A stretch of DNA of 64,000 bases from Octopus sinensis (lineage: Eukaryota), in contig NC_042997.1 of assembly GCF_006345805.1 (NCBI RefSeq), forward strand, positions 4,030,001 through 4,094,000, read 5' to 3'. Every line of letters starts with the position of its first letter. Position 1 is the stretch's first letter. Position numbers and translations under genes: made by a program. Positions 50,018 through 63,948 of the stretch are shown here, one piece after another. The notes under the pieces were generated by a model. The model had not been told where the DNA came from. It was given only the letters and a program-made list of their open reading frames with translations, and searched no databases.

Positions 50018-50020
<3 letters not shown>
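49393..50020 (-). mobile_element. Diverged dispersed copy of the 559-bp unit with a hammerhead motif (49783-49835, +)
   Basis: Same unit end-to-start junction as at 15077 and a 16-bp inverted unit start (ataatttcaacaattg) at its left end. The hammerhead core, stem I and the AACGTACGTT palindrome are conserved; (TA)n on both flanks. Confidence 0.85.
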
Positions 50021-50079
<59 letters not shown>

Positions 50080-50344
50080 GTGCGTATGTATGTGTGTGCG
50101 TGTACAGCAAAAAAACAAGAAATAAAATAAAATAAAGACCATTGTTTCGCTCGGAAACATCCAGAGTTCCTTACAACAATTCCTATATGAATAAAGAGAA
50201 GACACCTTGTAAAACTCGGCAAAACAATACATTTCAAATTTAAATTTAATATATTTGTAAGAGAATGTGCAAGTGAGTGTATGTGAGTTTGTATATTGTC
50301 GTATATAGAAGACACATTCACATACACGCGCGGGCGCATATATA

Positions 50345-50995
50345 CTTTTACTTATTTCACTCATTTGACAGCGGCCATGCTGGAGCACCACCTTTTTTCG
50401 AGCAAATCGACAGCAGGACTTATTCTTTGTAAGCCTATTACTTATTCTAACGGTCCCTTTTAACGATCCGCTAAGTTACGGGGACATAAACACACTAGCA
50501 TCGGTTGTCAAGTGATGTTGGGGGACAAACACAGACACATAAACATATACACACATACATACGTACATATATATATATATATAAAGTATAGGAAAGAATG
50601 GAGCTGAACGAAGATTTAACAAAATTCCTTTATTTTATTTTCGACATATGTTTCGATGTCTGCAAAGTCCCAATTCCGAGTGATTAAGGAGTCCATTATC
50701 CAGCTTTCTCTTCAGGAAAATCCAGGAACTTAATTCTCCAACTGTGAGTTTGCTACCCAGGTATCGGTTATCTTTCGAATTATCCGTAATAAGATAATTC
50801 ATTTGTCTACTTATATATATATATATATATATATATACATACGACGGTCTTCTTTTAGCTTCCATCTACCAAATCCACTCACAAGGCTTTGGTCGGCCCG
50901 AGGCTATAGTAGAAGCCACTTGCCCAAGGTGTCACACAGTAGGACTGAACCCGGAACCATGTGGTTGGTAAGCTAGCTACTTTCCACACTGCCAC
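50345..50995 (-). mobile_element. Bipartite tRNA/CORE-like SINE interrupted by an insertion
   Basis: 3' half at 50345-50560 and 5' half at 50830-50995 (gccacttgcccaaggtgtcac, ctgaacccggaaccatgtggttgg). Confidence 0.85.
50585..50812 (-). mobile_element. Family-D pLTR-like element with a hammerhead motif (50638-50720)
   Basis: Minus strand: ttttc-CTGAAGA-[54 nt]-GAAAC-atat-GTC-gaaaa. Shares its terminal sequence aaagaatggag..gaacgaagat..aacaaaattcctttatt with the 38291 palindrome. Confidence 0.8.
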
Positions 50996-51479
50996 TAGAG
51001 TAGATTACATTTTAAATCTCGGCCACATTCAGATTTACGCTGTGCTATCCAGTAGTAGTATTATAAGCACTTCCAGTTTTGTGTTTGCGCACCTGTCGTG
51101 TGTAAATATATAATTGAAAATATGGAGTGGCGAAGAACGGGTAAAGTTGAATGTTTAATTTTAATCACTAAAATTGCTTCCACGCAACGTAGATCTCCAG
51201 GTGGGAGATACTTGACTATGGTACATTTTGCCTTCAATATAAGATCTAGTGTTTCCTCAGGTGATATGTAACTATTGTGTCCGTAAATTTGAAATTTCGA
51301 ACTTATGGAGACAGTGTTTCCATATCGCCAGAGGTAACAGGACTAGATCTCATAATGAACGGAAGCAGGTGCATAATCAATTACCGGCATTCGTGGAGAA
51401 CTACGTTTTCTGGAAATACTTTTAGCGATTAAAAAATAGATATCCAACCGTCCCCCTTCTTGTTGATGCCGTTGTTTTC

Positions 51480-51551
<72 letters not shown>

Positions 51552-51553
51552 AT

Positions 51554-51623
<70 letters not shown>

Positions 51624-52954
51624 GAAAATACATGTCTTAGCACTTCTCAGTATATGATATCTACAATATGAATAAAAATGTATAAAGAATACTTTGTTTT
51701 GGCATTGTTATTTTTTCTTTTATTTCTTTCTTGCGAAATAGGGAATTATGTATGAATTTCTAATTTGTATAGAAATATAAATTTTCAGAAACATGATATG
51801 TACAAGAGGGGTCCTGTTATGTTATTTAATAATCCTGACGCATTCCATTATTGCGCTCCTGCTTGATCGACATAGTTTTTCTTCCATTGTGTTCATGTAA
51901 TGCAGTGAATGAGATACATGTTTTTTGCTTTGCAATTCACATCTTCGTTAACTCGGAAATTTTATTTTTTCCAGTCACTTTTTAAATTTATAGCCTGTTC
52001 AATGAAATCACAAGTTCTAGAAAAAGAATCGCCATATTTTACTATATGCATGTTTTGTTTCCATTCCTATGTATATTCGGTTCTTTATAACTGTCATTTA
52101 AGAGTTATTGGTTGTTTCCAACTGCTAATATTGTGTATGTTTATTAAATGTTGCTATACGTGACGTACAATTGAAATATATCAATTTGCCGAGTGTGAGA
52201 TATTTCGCTTTCTCCTTGTGAAAGTTCCTTCATAATTCGATTTCGATTATTTTATTTGTTATGGCATCATTTATAAATTAGTTCGCATATTTTCCCTGGG
52301 GAAATATTTTACAAGTCATCTGTAAGTATTATACATATACGTAATTCTTGATATTACACTGATAGTACATTTAGTAAAGCCGTTGCAGACAAATAATCCT
52401 ACATAGTGTTACACTATGAACGACAGATTGTTCATAACATTATTAGATGTCAAAGCATGAATCAGGTCCTTTGGCTCGCGAAAGAAACGCCCAAGAAAAA
52501 AGTTTAGTAGAAAAGGACCCCTTCGGTTAAGACGAACCCTACAAACTTTTTATGTGCAAAATATGGGCAGAGCCTTCTAAACAAAGATCTGAGAGCAAAG
52601 CATCAGTGGTATCTCCTATTACGATAGTATTGCTGTGATTGTAGTATTTTGAGTAAAGCTGGGTAACTATATATAGCTTAGATATCCATCGGATTGTAAC
52701 GAACTTATTATTATAATGAAATTTCATGTCACTAGCTGTGGCATGTACCATTCTTCTATTTCTGAAGAGTGCTAAGAAATACGTGTCTATGTAATCTGCA
52801 GGTAAAATACATATTTCAATCGTAATGAAATATTTCGCAAGTCGTTTGTACAACTCCCTTATACATCGAAGCAGAATGAACTATCTATCTCTCTGAAACT
52901 CACACACCCTCACTCACCTAGACACACATGCATATATAGATTGATGTCGATACT

Positions 52955-54830
52955 ACGACTACGGATACCTTGGATCAGAAGCAGAAGTTGGCCGCTCGAC
53001 GGATTGATACCCAAGAATAATGTGGCCATTGCAAATGTACGAAATAGCCTCAGGTAGAGTAGAAAGGATGGAGCAAAGATGCAGTGTGTTTATCAGAAAA
53101 TGGCTCGGTCTGCCGAAACCACTGAATACAACTGCACTATATTGAAAGCCCGTGCTGCAACAACCAATAACATCAATCGCCAAAGAATATAAGGCAGGAA
53201 ATGCAAGGACAGTAATGATGCTAAGGTATTCAAAAGATCAGAGCATCCGGGTAAAACCCTCCAAAGGTACGAACCGGGAGGAAATGGAAGGCGGAAGAGG
53301 CAGTGAACAGGGCGATCGGAAAACTAAGACATGCCGATATAGTCGGAGCGACGCAAGAAGCTAGAACCGGCCTAGGGTCTCATAACTTCAGGCCATTTTG
53401 CAAGAGTAGTATAAAAGAAATTAAAGAGGTAGTGGTGTACGAAGTGAGAAAGGAGGAAGAAGACAGGTAAATGTACATTTGGTGCATTGCAGTCAACAGG
53501 GACAGTGCCTGAGATGGGAGGAATATGTGATCAACCGCAGAATATCATGGAAGGAACTTTGGGCTTGGGAACAAGCAAGAACATCCTTCCTGATCAAGTC
53601 TACCTTCGACCTTCTACCCTCACCGGCGAACTTAACCCGTGGAACATAAAAACAACCGATGAGTGTAGTTACGGAGAGAAAGCGGACGGTTAGACATGTT
53701 CTGTCAAGTTGCAGACTAGCACTTGAAAGGTATACATGGCGGCATAATCAAGTCCTCGGCACAGCATTCAAGGATAAGATCGAGAGATACAATAGGGGAG
53801 GGTACCCAAAAGTTGAAAAGCGCAGGAAAGTAGACTTCCACAAGGAGGGAAAATGTTATAAAACCAGGCCTACAAGTAAAGTATACGAGATAGACGAAAT
53901 ATGGAAGGGATACTTGGAGGTGGCCACGGACTTGAAAAGACAAGTAATATTGCCACTAATAAAAACAATAAAAATACCGGATTTAGTTCTATGGAACAGA
54001 GACCGGAGAATGGGAATTTTACTAGAACTGACAGTACCTTGGGAAGAGAACATCGGCAAGGCAGAGGAACGAAAGGAGAAGAGGTATGAAAAGCTAATCA
54101 AAGAATGCAGAGAACAGGGATGGAATGTCGAATATTATCACCTGGCAGTGGGGGCTACAGGCTTCATTGAAAAGAAAATTACAACGTTTTTCAAAAGAAA
54201 ATTTTTTTTTCTAGCTCCAAGCTGCGTAAACTAATAAGGAGAGTACAGAAAGCGGTCGAAAAAGTCAGCTTCTATATATGGCTGAAGCGGGAAGACCGAA
54301 AATGTCTTGAAAGTCATAAACACGCCGACGGGAAATAACATCATTAGGTGAGAAAAGCTGACTGACAGGTGACGGTCGTTTAGAAAAAGCGCGGGCAAAA
54401 ACTACGTGCCTTCACTTGTCTGTTATGGTGAGACTGTGTCACGTGACAACTTGCTGGGCCTGTCTGAAAGGTGACGGTCGTTTATAAAAAGCGCGGGCTA
54501 AAACTACGCGCCTTCACTAGTCAGTTAAGTTGAGACAGTGTCACATGACAACTTGCTGGGGCTGCCTGCTGGAGCTTTTGCGGTAGGTATCTAAAGGGAA
54601 AAAAATTTGACAAGACAGTCAGTCACCGGCTGACACTCGCTGACGATACATCGAAGAGGCCAGGGAACAGAAGATAGAAGAAGAACGAAGACATGCACCC
54701 AGTAGCAGAGCTGAAGACACCGTCAAAACGGTTGAGGAGTAGGGGCTGAAACTGGACGTGGTTCCTCCTGATGATGTCTTGAGCTAACTGGATCCTATAA
54801 AGGAGCTGTTATGGTGGCAGACCACGAAAC
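52955..54830 (+). mobile_element. 5'-truncated HERO/NeSL-like RLE LINE
   Basis: LIPRIMWPLQMYEI…IRKWLGLP, RTGRKWKAEEAV, LIKSTFDLLPSPANL, RHVLSSC…RYTWRHNQVL, PDLVLW…LLELTVPWEENI…KRY..L, AVGATGF and a C-terminal KAVEKVSFYIWLKRE. Confidence 0.9.
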
Positions 54831-56119
54831 ACGGTTTTAATTCAAACTAGTTCTGGACATTAGCCCATTCTGAGAAGATAACAATCTTTTGAAAAACCTT
54901 TAATAAAACTGTGCATCATTAGAAAACATTTTAAGTCTGCTTACAACCTAACTTTGCTTTTCATAGAACTCTCTTCGATGTTTCATGAGTGTAGCCTCAC
55001 TCCCTAGGATGTTTGGAAAACTCATTTGTTTTGGCTGATGAATACGGCACACTTGTATTTGCTGCAATATTTGCAGCTTTAAATAAATCTGTTCTTCGTA
55101 TGAAACAATTGTACTGAAAATCTAATCCATTCTTGTTGCTTTTTTTGTGTATATATATATGCCGAGTTGGTTACGATCCATGCACTTTTTGTCGCGTTTC
55201 TTCCAGAGTGTTGTAAAGCATATCTCAGTCTTCTACTTAATCTTCCCAATATTCGAAACAAACGCTTGTATTTTGCGATACATACTTGTATTTCCGATCT
55301 TTTTTTCTTTTCCAACTGATTTTAATTTCCTGTTGATGAGAATCGACTGTTGGATCCATCTCTACGCAAACTGAATTCAAGCAAAGTCAGTCTTCACATG
55401 CAAGCAATGATATATCGAATTAACAGATTGCTCACACAGTTCTTTCGGCGGTTTCGTTCGCGAAACATTCTATTTGCAATATAACAGATTGCAAGAGAGT
55501 GGCATGAAAGCCATATGCAGGCTGCATCTTTTTTGTTCGCCAGGAGAGTGTACGGGGGAATAAGTTATTCGTAGAAACATTTCCATCTTCATATTCCTAA
55601 ATTGCAATAAATATTCAAGTTGAATCAGATATAATTGTTTTATGTATATTTTTCCAGATTACAAAATCGAATATTTTCTTTATTGGTAACTCAAGTTTGT
55701 TTCTCTGAAAACCACTACACAAACAGCACATTATACGATAAAAATATTACTCAATTTCTTGCACAAACATGAGAATTGTGTAATACACTCACTTCAAACA
55801 TATTTGTTTTATATAATCTTATATTTATAAATATTAGAAATTGGCTATCTTTCCAAAGGCAAAAAAGTATCTACTTTCACATGCATACATCTGAATCAAC
55901 GAATTTCACAATTTACTAATTGAAGCAGAAAATTAGTTTCATTTTATGCAAATCTATAATACGTTATAAGTATATAAGGATGATATAGCTGCTAAATTGA
56001 AATTATATGAGAAACTATTTTCGAAATTTATTACAGGTATACATAAAAGTTTCAAAAACATATGTATGCGTATAGAAGTACATACCACTCTACTTATCTC
56101 CATCAATCTCTCTGTATAT

Positions 56120-56129
56120 AGGTATATAT

Positions 56130-56213
<84 letters not shown>

Positions 56214-56610
56214 CGTATATACACATTGACACGCACGTATGTATGCATAACTATATATTACATGTACATATATATAAATGTATGTATATATATATATATT
56301 ATATATATATATATATATAGTTATATATATTTATATATGCATACACACACATACATATGTATATATACGTATGCACACATTACGCTCACAAGTATGTATG
56401 TAAAATTATATATTACATGTATATATATATACATTTATATATATTTATATATATAAATATATGTATATATATGTGTATATATACATTTATATATATATAT
56501 ATACACACATATATATATATACATATGTATATATATTTATGTATATACGTATGCACACATTATACACACACGTATGTATGTATAATTATATACTACATGT
56601 GTATGCATAT
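56120..56610. repeat. TA-rich higher-order minisatellite (three ~150-180-bp units)
   Basis: Motif acgtatgcacacatta…gtatgtatg…tatattacatgt recurs near 56215, 56366 and 56545. Confidence 0.7.
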
Positions 56611-57649
56611 ATGATAATCTGCAGTTTCAGACATCAATGGAATTAAGAAAAAATGGTATTGATAAGCAAGCTGTGGCATTGGCGTTATGTTTACAATATT
56701 CACAGGAAGCAACAAATTGCCTAGATGAAAGCATTTTTTAGGGTTATTGAAAGAATATATAAGAAGTAAATCCACCAGTTGACCACTGTACCGCATACGT
56801 ATAGTTTAAAACTTTATCAGCATGTGTCATTCGACATATTAAGTTAAAGGGATGTTTTCCATTTTTGCAGCAACTTCATAGAAATATTGCTGGCGGCAGT
56901 GACGCTGTATGATAAAAGTATATAAATATACTACATTATCGTAAGCGACCTCATTGTGTGCCATTAAAATCTCTGAAAACATGCGAATACTCTATACTTC
57001 CATGATTTCTCGTCTATCACGTCCGTAATCTCTTACCAATGTAAAGTGCTTATTTACATATGGGTGCCTCACCAAGTGAGAAATGTAAGATGATTATCAA
57101 CTTTACTCTAAAGACAGAAATTACTGCTATATTACGGAGGTACCATTTTTTAAAGCCAGAATGTATCTGACGGAGAATCATAGAACCAATTATTCTTAAA
57201 AGAACTATGGACACATATTGATTTATAGATTCGGAGTATTACTGCTTAATATAACTATTAGATATCACTAATCGTTGTGGTGTATGCTTGTTGTGCTAAA
57301 ATACACCTGGTTTTATCAGTTTAAAATGAAGTAAATATTGACCGTACACTGTGAACCCGCTTTGCCACAGTTTACAGTTTTGCAATTCGTACATGTTAAA
57401 ATTTAATGAATACAATAATAGCTAGAAAGTTGCCAATCGACACTGGAAATGCTACTATAACAGAGTGGTGAATTGATCTTCGGGTACTTTCGGGTGATGT
57501 TATCGCTAATAATATTTGGTGTGCTTAATGTTTTGTGTATTGGATCACTACTGAATCTATTATCGCGTATGGAATGCAAAATTCGTTCAGTTCTATATTT
57601 AAGAGATGAGGAATTATGTACATTCTTTACATTATTTACAATTGACGGC

Positions 57650-59245
57650 CATTTTTCTTCATCCCAGCAGACAAGGGAAATGCTGCATTGGTGATAAACA
57701 TGTCTGACTACTAGGAAAAGTTGGCAAGTCTTATAAGTGATGGTAGCTACAGCAAAGTAAAGAAAGACTCTACTTTGAAAACAGCGAGGAAGTTGTCACA
57801 GATCATGATTAAGAACAAGGATCAATTTACACCAATGAATTACAAACAAGTGATTCAGCACTACAGTAAACTACCACACATGTTCGGTCTTCCTTAGTGG
57901 ACATATAGTGAGGTGTAGAAGTTCAGCATATCCTCTACTGAGTCGCTTCCTTGTGGATATAATCAGTCCATTGGCAGGGAAGACAACATCGTACGTGAAT
58001 AATTCCACCCACTTCACAGAATTGATCAAGGATACCCCCATTGAATTCAACCAGATGGTGAGTCTAGATGTGATAAGTTGTTCAACAAAGTCCCAACTGG
58101 TGAAGTACTATCGAAGAAAACTACTGACAGGCACCCATCTAGAGAACGCATTAGTATATCAATAAGAAACTTGATGGAAAAGTTGTCCTTCTGTGTAGAA
58201 ACTACCTACTTCAGTATGGACACTGATATATATCGACAAGAATATGATTTAGTTATGGGTTCGCCATTATCACCGATAACAGCCAATATATTCATGAAAT
58301 ACTTTGAGAATTTGGCTTTAGCCTCAACACCACAAAAAACCAACACTATGGTTCCGATATGTTGATGACACCTTTATACTCTGGTTCCACCAGGAAGATG
58401 TCCAAGTGCTGTTAGATCATGTGAACTCGATAAACCCATCCATGCATTTCATAATGGGAAAAAAAGTATTAATACGTGGTGCGTATTAATAACACGCACC
58501 ACTTATGGATTCAGGACATGCATATACCGCTAGCCGACCTTCACTGGAGGATAGCTTAACTTCATCTCCCACCATCCATGCAGTGTAAAGAGAGGGAATG
58601 CTCATTGCCTAAAACATCGAGCAATGAATACAAGTAGCGATCGTGATACCCACCACGAAGAGATGATCAAGCTCAGTAACAATCTATTAGGCAACAACTA
58701 CCCCAAAAGCATACTCTCCACTCCAATTAAAAAGAAAAGAGGGGATGAAACGGATAAACTGTCCACAGTCTGTCTACCCTAGGTTACAGGCCTCTCCGAA
58801 AAGATCTAAAAGATATGCAGCCCATATGACATCGGACAGTATTCAAAATTACTACAACACTTCTCAAATATCTCCTTCAAATAAAACCACCAATAGAAGA
58901 GAATATTCCTAGGAACTGCGTGTACTCCGTCCCATCCAGCTGTGGTAGGTTATACAAAGGTGAAACATACCGCCCCCTCAAAATAAGGGTAGACGAACCT
59001 CGCAAACTGTGACACGGAGAGATATTGATAAATCGAGTATAGCTGATCATATATGGAAAGATGGAGACCCCCCCCTGTGTGATGAAGTTAAAATAGTAGA
59101 CAGAGAACACAACTGGAAAATATGAAAACTAAGCAGCACATATGCTAGGACACAACAACCTCCTTAGCAGACCGAGTGCAGATATGAACAGCATATGGGA
59201 ACCAGTATTAAGGATGGATAGAAAAATATCAGATTTGTAAGCCAT
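57650..59245 (+). mobile_element. Degenerate Penelope-like element (RT + GIY-YIG)
   Basis: PADKGNAALVI, HMFGLP, MVSLDVIS.FNKVP, YRQEYDLVMGSPLSPITANIFMKYFE, WFRYVDDTFILW, CVYSVPSSCGRLYKGETYRPLKIRV, SSIADHIW. Confidence 0.92.
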
Positions 59246-59269
59246 AAAATTCACTCCGTACTTGCCCAC

Positions 59270-59330
59270 TGGCATATGGCGTAGTGGTTAAGAGCGGAGA
59301 CTACAAAACCCCAAGATTCCGATTTCGATA
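59270..59330 (+). mobile_element. Short tRNA-derived SINE head followed by (AAT)n
   Basis: ggcatatggcgtagtggttaagagc…tttcgat, with A box TGGCGTAGTGG. Confidence 0.6.
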
Positions 59331-59345
59331 ATAATAATAATAATA

Positions 59346-59403
<58 letters not shown>

Positions 59404-59416
59404 AACAACAACAACA

Positions 59417-59473
<57 letters not shown>

Positions 59474-59529
59474 GCAATAATATCATCGAAAAATATCTTA
59501 GAAAGAAGAACTTTCGAAATTTCCCCAAG

Positions 59530-59573
59530 ACACCTGATGAAGGCTGGATGGTATATCAGCCGAAACGTTGCGT
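59530..59573 (+). ncRNA. Minimal hammerhead ribozyme-like motif in the PLE 3' pseudo-LTR (family E)
   Basis: acac-CTGATGA-a-ggctg(gatggtatat)cagcc-GAAAC-GTT-gcgt; 5-bp stem II, stem I 3/4 paired, zero-loop AACGTT. Confidence 0.75.
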
Positions 59574-62019
59574 TAACAACAAGCAAGAAGAGGACAAATA
59601 TCCTTAAAATGTAAATAATGTAAACAATGTACAATACTCGTTAATCTCTTCTCGATTATAATGTTGAGTTTTATGCGGTTCCTTAACCTTATATCGTTTC
59701 GATACCTTCATGCAGTTTAACGATGCAACTTTGACTTAGTAGAATTCAAGGGCGATCTTGATTTTCTTGATGGCACGTGTTACCGATTACTGCCCAAATT
59801 TTAAACCAAACTAGGTACTGAAGAGAATGATTTTGCAAAATTCTTTTGAAGTTGTTTCATGTTTGATTTATTAATGAAGCAATCAATTATGAATGACCTA
59901 GTGTACGTGTTGTGTGAATGTACATATGTCTGATCGATTGTGTTAGCATATCTACTTGCATATATTTCTGTTTTCTGCGTGTATGCGACGCACTTGGATG
60001 TAAGTTTCTCTTGATTGTGACAATCTCGTGAAGTAGTAAAATGGTGCGCCTATGCATATATACGAGTGTAGGTAATTATTTCTGTCTTCCTGTGTGTACA
60101 TCTGTGTGTGTTTGTAGTGCATATATTTCTCAGTTATTGACAGGCATCGCGTGAACTTCTACAGTACGATTTATTTCAAAACAGCCATGCGCAAATTGAA
60201 AGCGAAAGTAAAATTTTAAAAAATTAACAAAGAACATTTACAGAAGATATCGTCTTCAGAACAATTTTAAAATGCTATAGACTTTTGGTGAAATTTTAAA
60301 CCATCCGCGCATTACATACCTTTGTTTTTTAAATAAGAATTTGAACATGAAAAAGGAAACCGATAACCAAAGCTATAATAGTTGGCTATTATTAACATTC
60401 GATAAAAGTACTTTGCCAAACAACAACGCAAAAAAAGAGGAAGTGTTTATTTAAGATGAAATATTGGCTGACATCAAATAAACATAAACTTATTAGAGGA
60501 GTCCGAATGGAATATGTAATGAAATAAAATTAATCAAAATTTAGCAGAACAATATTTGTATGATGCATAAATTAACAAAAATAATATTGCTAATACATTT
60601 TTAATAAATAATGGAAACGGTAGTAATTTAATGGCAGGTTTTACTTTTTACGATGGTGTACTGCATAGCAAGTGTCTTGATCTCAGATTGCGCGTTGAAA
60701 CTAAAGCGATTGCAGTATGAAAGGTATGCATATATCTTTCAGAGATGCACTCATTGAGTTAACTACATTTAAACGATAATTGTTTGAAATATGAAGTCAA
60801 AATTTACGTCGTTCTAAACTAATTCCTGCTGTGTAAAAACGTCTTCCTGGTGTTAAATGGCAACATCGCCTTCTCGTAGAGAACAGCCACATATAATTTT
60901 CATAACAAATGATGTTTGGTTCGTATAGTACTTATATACCGAACAGATATTTTATAATGGATTGGTTTCCTAGGTACAAAAATCAGTGATTGTGTGACAA
61001 CGTGTTTTCCATCTATTGCAAGCGACGTAAACAGCTACTATGCCAGGTAGCGTGTACCCAACACTGACGAGATCCAATACACATAGAAACCACGTAGTCT
61101 GGTAGTCTTGAAGCTAGTTTGCTAGAAATTATATGTCGCTTGCAATAAATATTGGGTGGAAAAGTACATTGAATAAACTAGCTAGAGGAGATGTCTCCCT
61201 GAAGCTAAATGTCAGTATTATCGTCTCTTACAAGACAGTCATATTAAAGTAGACATCAGCAATATTTTTTGGTTCGTTCAGTGCTTCTCTCTCAAGCAGA
61301 AGAACGGACTAGTTTCATGTATGTATGTATGTATGTATGTATGTATGTATGTATGTATGTATGTATGTATGTATGTATGTATGTATGTATGTATGTATGT
61401 ATGTGTATATGTATACACATTTCTGTGTGTCCATACATAAACATATAAGTAGACACACACAAATACACAGGCAGGGATATAAACGCTCACACATATATGT
61501 GTATGTCTATGTATTTTCCATCTTGAAGCTGACACTCAGAGTGTATCCAGCGCCTCGAGATCCGATTGTGCTTTATTTTTATCGTCTTATTTGAGATATT
61601 TATTTTAATTTATCGGTCACCTGCAGTTGTTGAGGAATATATCTCAGTATTAATGTAGAAATGGCATTCCAGTTATTTCTATTTACTGGTCGAATTTCTG
61701 TAGCGACTTTCGCTTCAGAACATTGGATCGTAGAGCGTTTAACTTTGTCTAGTTGCGGTCAAACTTCTACTGTCACGCTTGCTAATTTCGTGGCTATGTT
61801 ACGTGTTTTCTTGTGCGACTTGTTTACTTGTTGATTTAGGCATAGTGTTACAACATGAGTGACATCTCAAATATGCATATTTTTATACACCATGAAAATA
61901 TTTTCCCCTATCCTTTTCTTAAAACCTTGTAATTTGTATTGTAGAGACACGGTATTTCGCGAAGAAGGCATGATATAATATAAATATATTTAACGGTTAG
62001 CAGTTCTCTTTGCATCACA

Positions 62020-62139
62020 TGTTAAAGTTATCTTAAAAGATACTCTACAGAGATTATTGCCAGCAATGATTTTTGTTACTACATTTCGTATCTGGGATGC
62101 CCAGTACTGGCAATAATTTCTATAGAGATAACCTTAACA
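62020..62139. repeat. ~120-bp hairpin/MITE-like inverted repeat
   Basis: tgttaaagttatct…ctacagagattattgccag versus ctggcaataatttctatagagataaccttaaca. Confidence 0.65.
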
Positions 62140-62474
62140 AAGGAAATTTGTAGTTTCTGGTATTTACTGTAATTTTTGCTCCTTGTTGTAAATGCATGCC
62201 GAGTTTATGAGACCGTGTTGTACTAGAATTTACTTATTAGATTTGTAATCTGCTGAAGCGGTGTAATTATTCAGATATTAAGCTTATGTTGCTTATTTTA
62301 TTTCGAAGTAAAGTGTTTCTTGAAATAGATAAAAAGAAGAAGCGAGACTTAATGAGAATATTTTAGAGGGGAATGTTAGGTCAATAGAAAAACAATATGT
62401 CTGTTTTTATTGTATTCTGTAATATATATTTGTACGTACGTGTGTACGCATACACATACGCACACAGACTCCGA

Positions 62475-62538
<64 letters not shown>

Positions 62539-63123
62539 TCTATTAGATCCTCATAAAAAATTGTACGGGCATTGTCTTGGCATGTATGACTTTTTAACAA
62601 AATCTTCAATATTTCACGATGCAAAATTTGGTTTCCTCATTCTTTTGCCTCAATCTCTATGCCTATCACTATTTAGCTTTCCCTCCTCATCCACCTCTCT
62701 CTCTCCCTATCGATCTCTTTCTTTCACTTGTATGCACGTTTTCGTCATTTCTCTCTACAAGCACGCCATAGGCTTGCGCAACGGGAGTTGTCTGATTATA
62801 TAACAGGTAACACTTCTAAGCCTAATACCCAGGGTTTTTGTGTAAGTGAACTCAATTGAATATTGCATACAAATAATACAGAGGAATTCTAGTTACTTTT
62901 GGGAGATCTTCCCTTTCTCACAAAGCATCCAATCTGTCCGGTGCGACTATCCATCAAGAGAAGTTAAGGCTCCAGGATAAATTTTATAATTGCATGGACA
63001 TACGTGTGCCGAAAGCCCAGAAAGTTACTCCAAATATTTAATACGATCCTGTAAGTATGTATCTATCTCTCTATCGATATATCTCTCTCTTTATCTTAAT
63101 CTCACTGCCTGTCTGTCTGAGTC

Positions 63124-63188
<65 letters not shown>

Positions 63189-63644
63189 GCATACATGGGG
63201 GTATGCATACATGTAAACACACATATACACACATATTGACTCTCATACATATACAGTGTGTTGTGTGTATGCTTGTGTGAGTTTATATATTGATTTGTAT
63301 GTGTAAATATGGAAGACATTTCTTTTACACATATTCAGTGAATATGAATAAAAACATAGCGTGACTAGGAAAAGTTATTAGATAATCTAATTCTCGGAGA
63401 ATAATGATTGATAATAGTACTAGAGATATCTGTGACAACAAGGAAAGTGACATTTTTTACAAAAGATATTTTAATATCTTATAATTGATTGCTCTACTTA
63501 TATATATGTTGGACGTTGAATTCAAGTACTGCTTTCACTTAGACTGTGACTGTCAAATATATTAAAGATGCAATATTTTGTCTACAGAGGAACGTAAATG
63601 TATATATGTAGATAGGATTGTATGTATGCATCAGGATATCTGTA

Positions 63645-63687
<43 letters not shown>

Positions 63688-63843
63688 CAGACATACTTAC
63701 TGTATCTGCTTACGACTATATCTACTTACCTACGAGTAATACCCGAAATAAACGGAAACGTACTCTGTGGGACAAACCCGTTGTAATTCAGTATTCCGCC
63801 GCTAGAAACCAATTGATGCCTCCCTCAAGCATCATATACTGAC

Positions 63844-63948
63844 CAGTGAAGTTGAGTGTAGTTCTACTGCCTCGTGGTGCACCTTTGCTTCGTCGATTTT
63901 TGGGATGGCTGAAATGAGGTTATAGCGTGCTCTCGTGAAGTTATGTTT
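63844..63948 (-). CDS. Candidate 105-nt phase 0-0 exon, KHNFTRARYNLISAIPKIDEAKVHHEAVELHSTSL
   Basis: Strong acceptor cgccgttttcccccgcag|, donor |gtcagt, locally raised GC and an open frame. No homology recognised. Confidence 0.3.

Noticed and set aside
54760-54840. CTGATGA…GAAAC in the HERO 3' region
   Set aside because: Stem I cannot form; at best a decayed motif.
61065-61110. CTGACGA…GAAAC-cac-GTA
   Set aside because: No stem I or stem II complementarity; a chance match.
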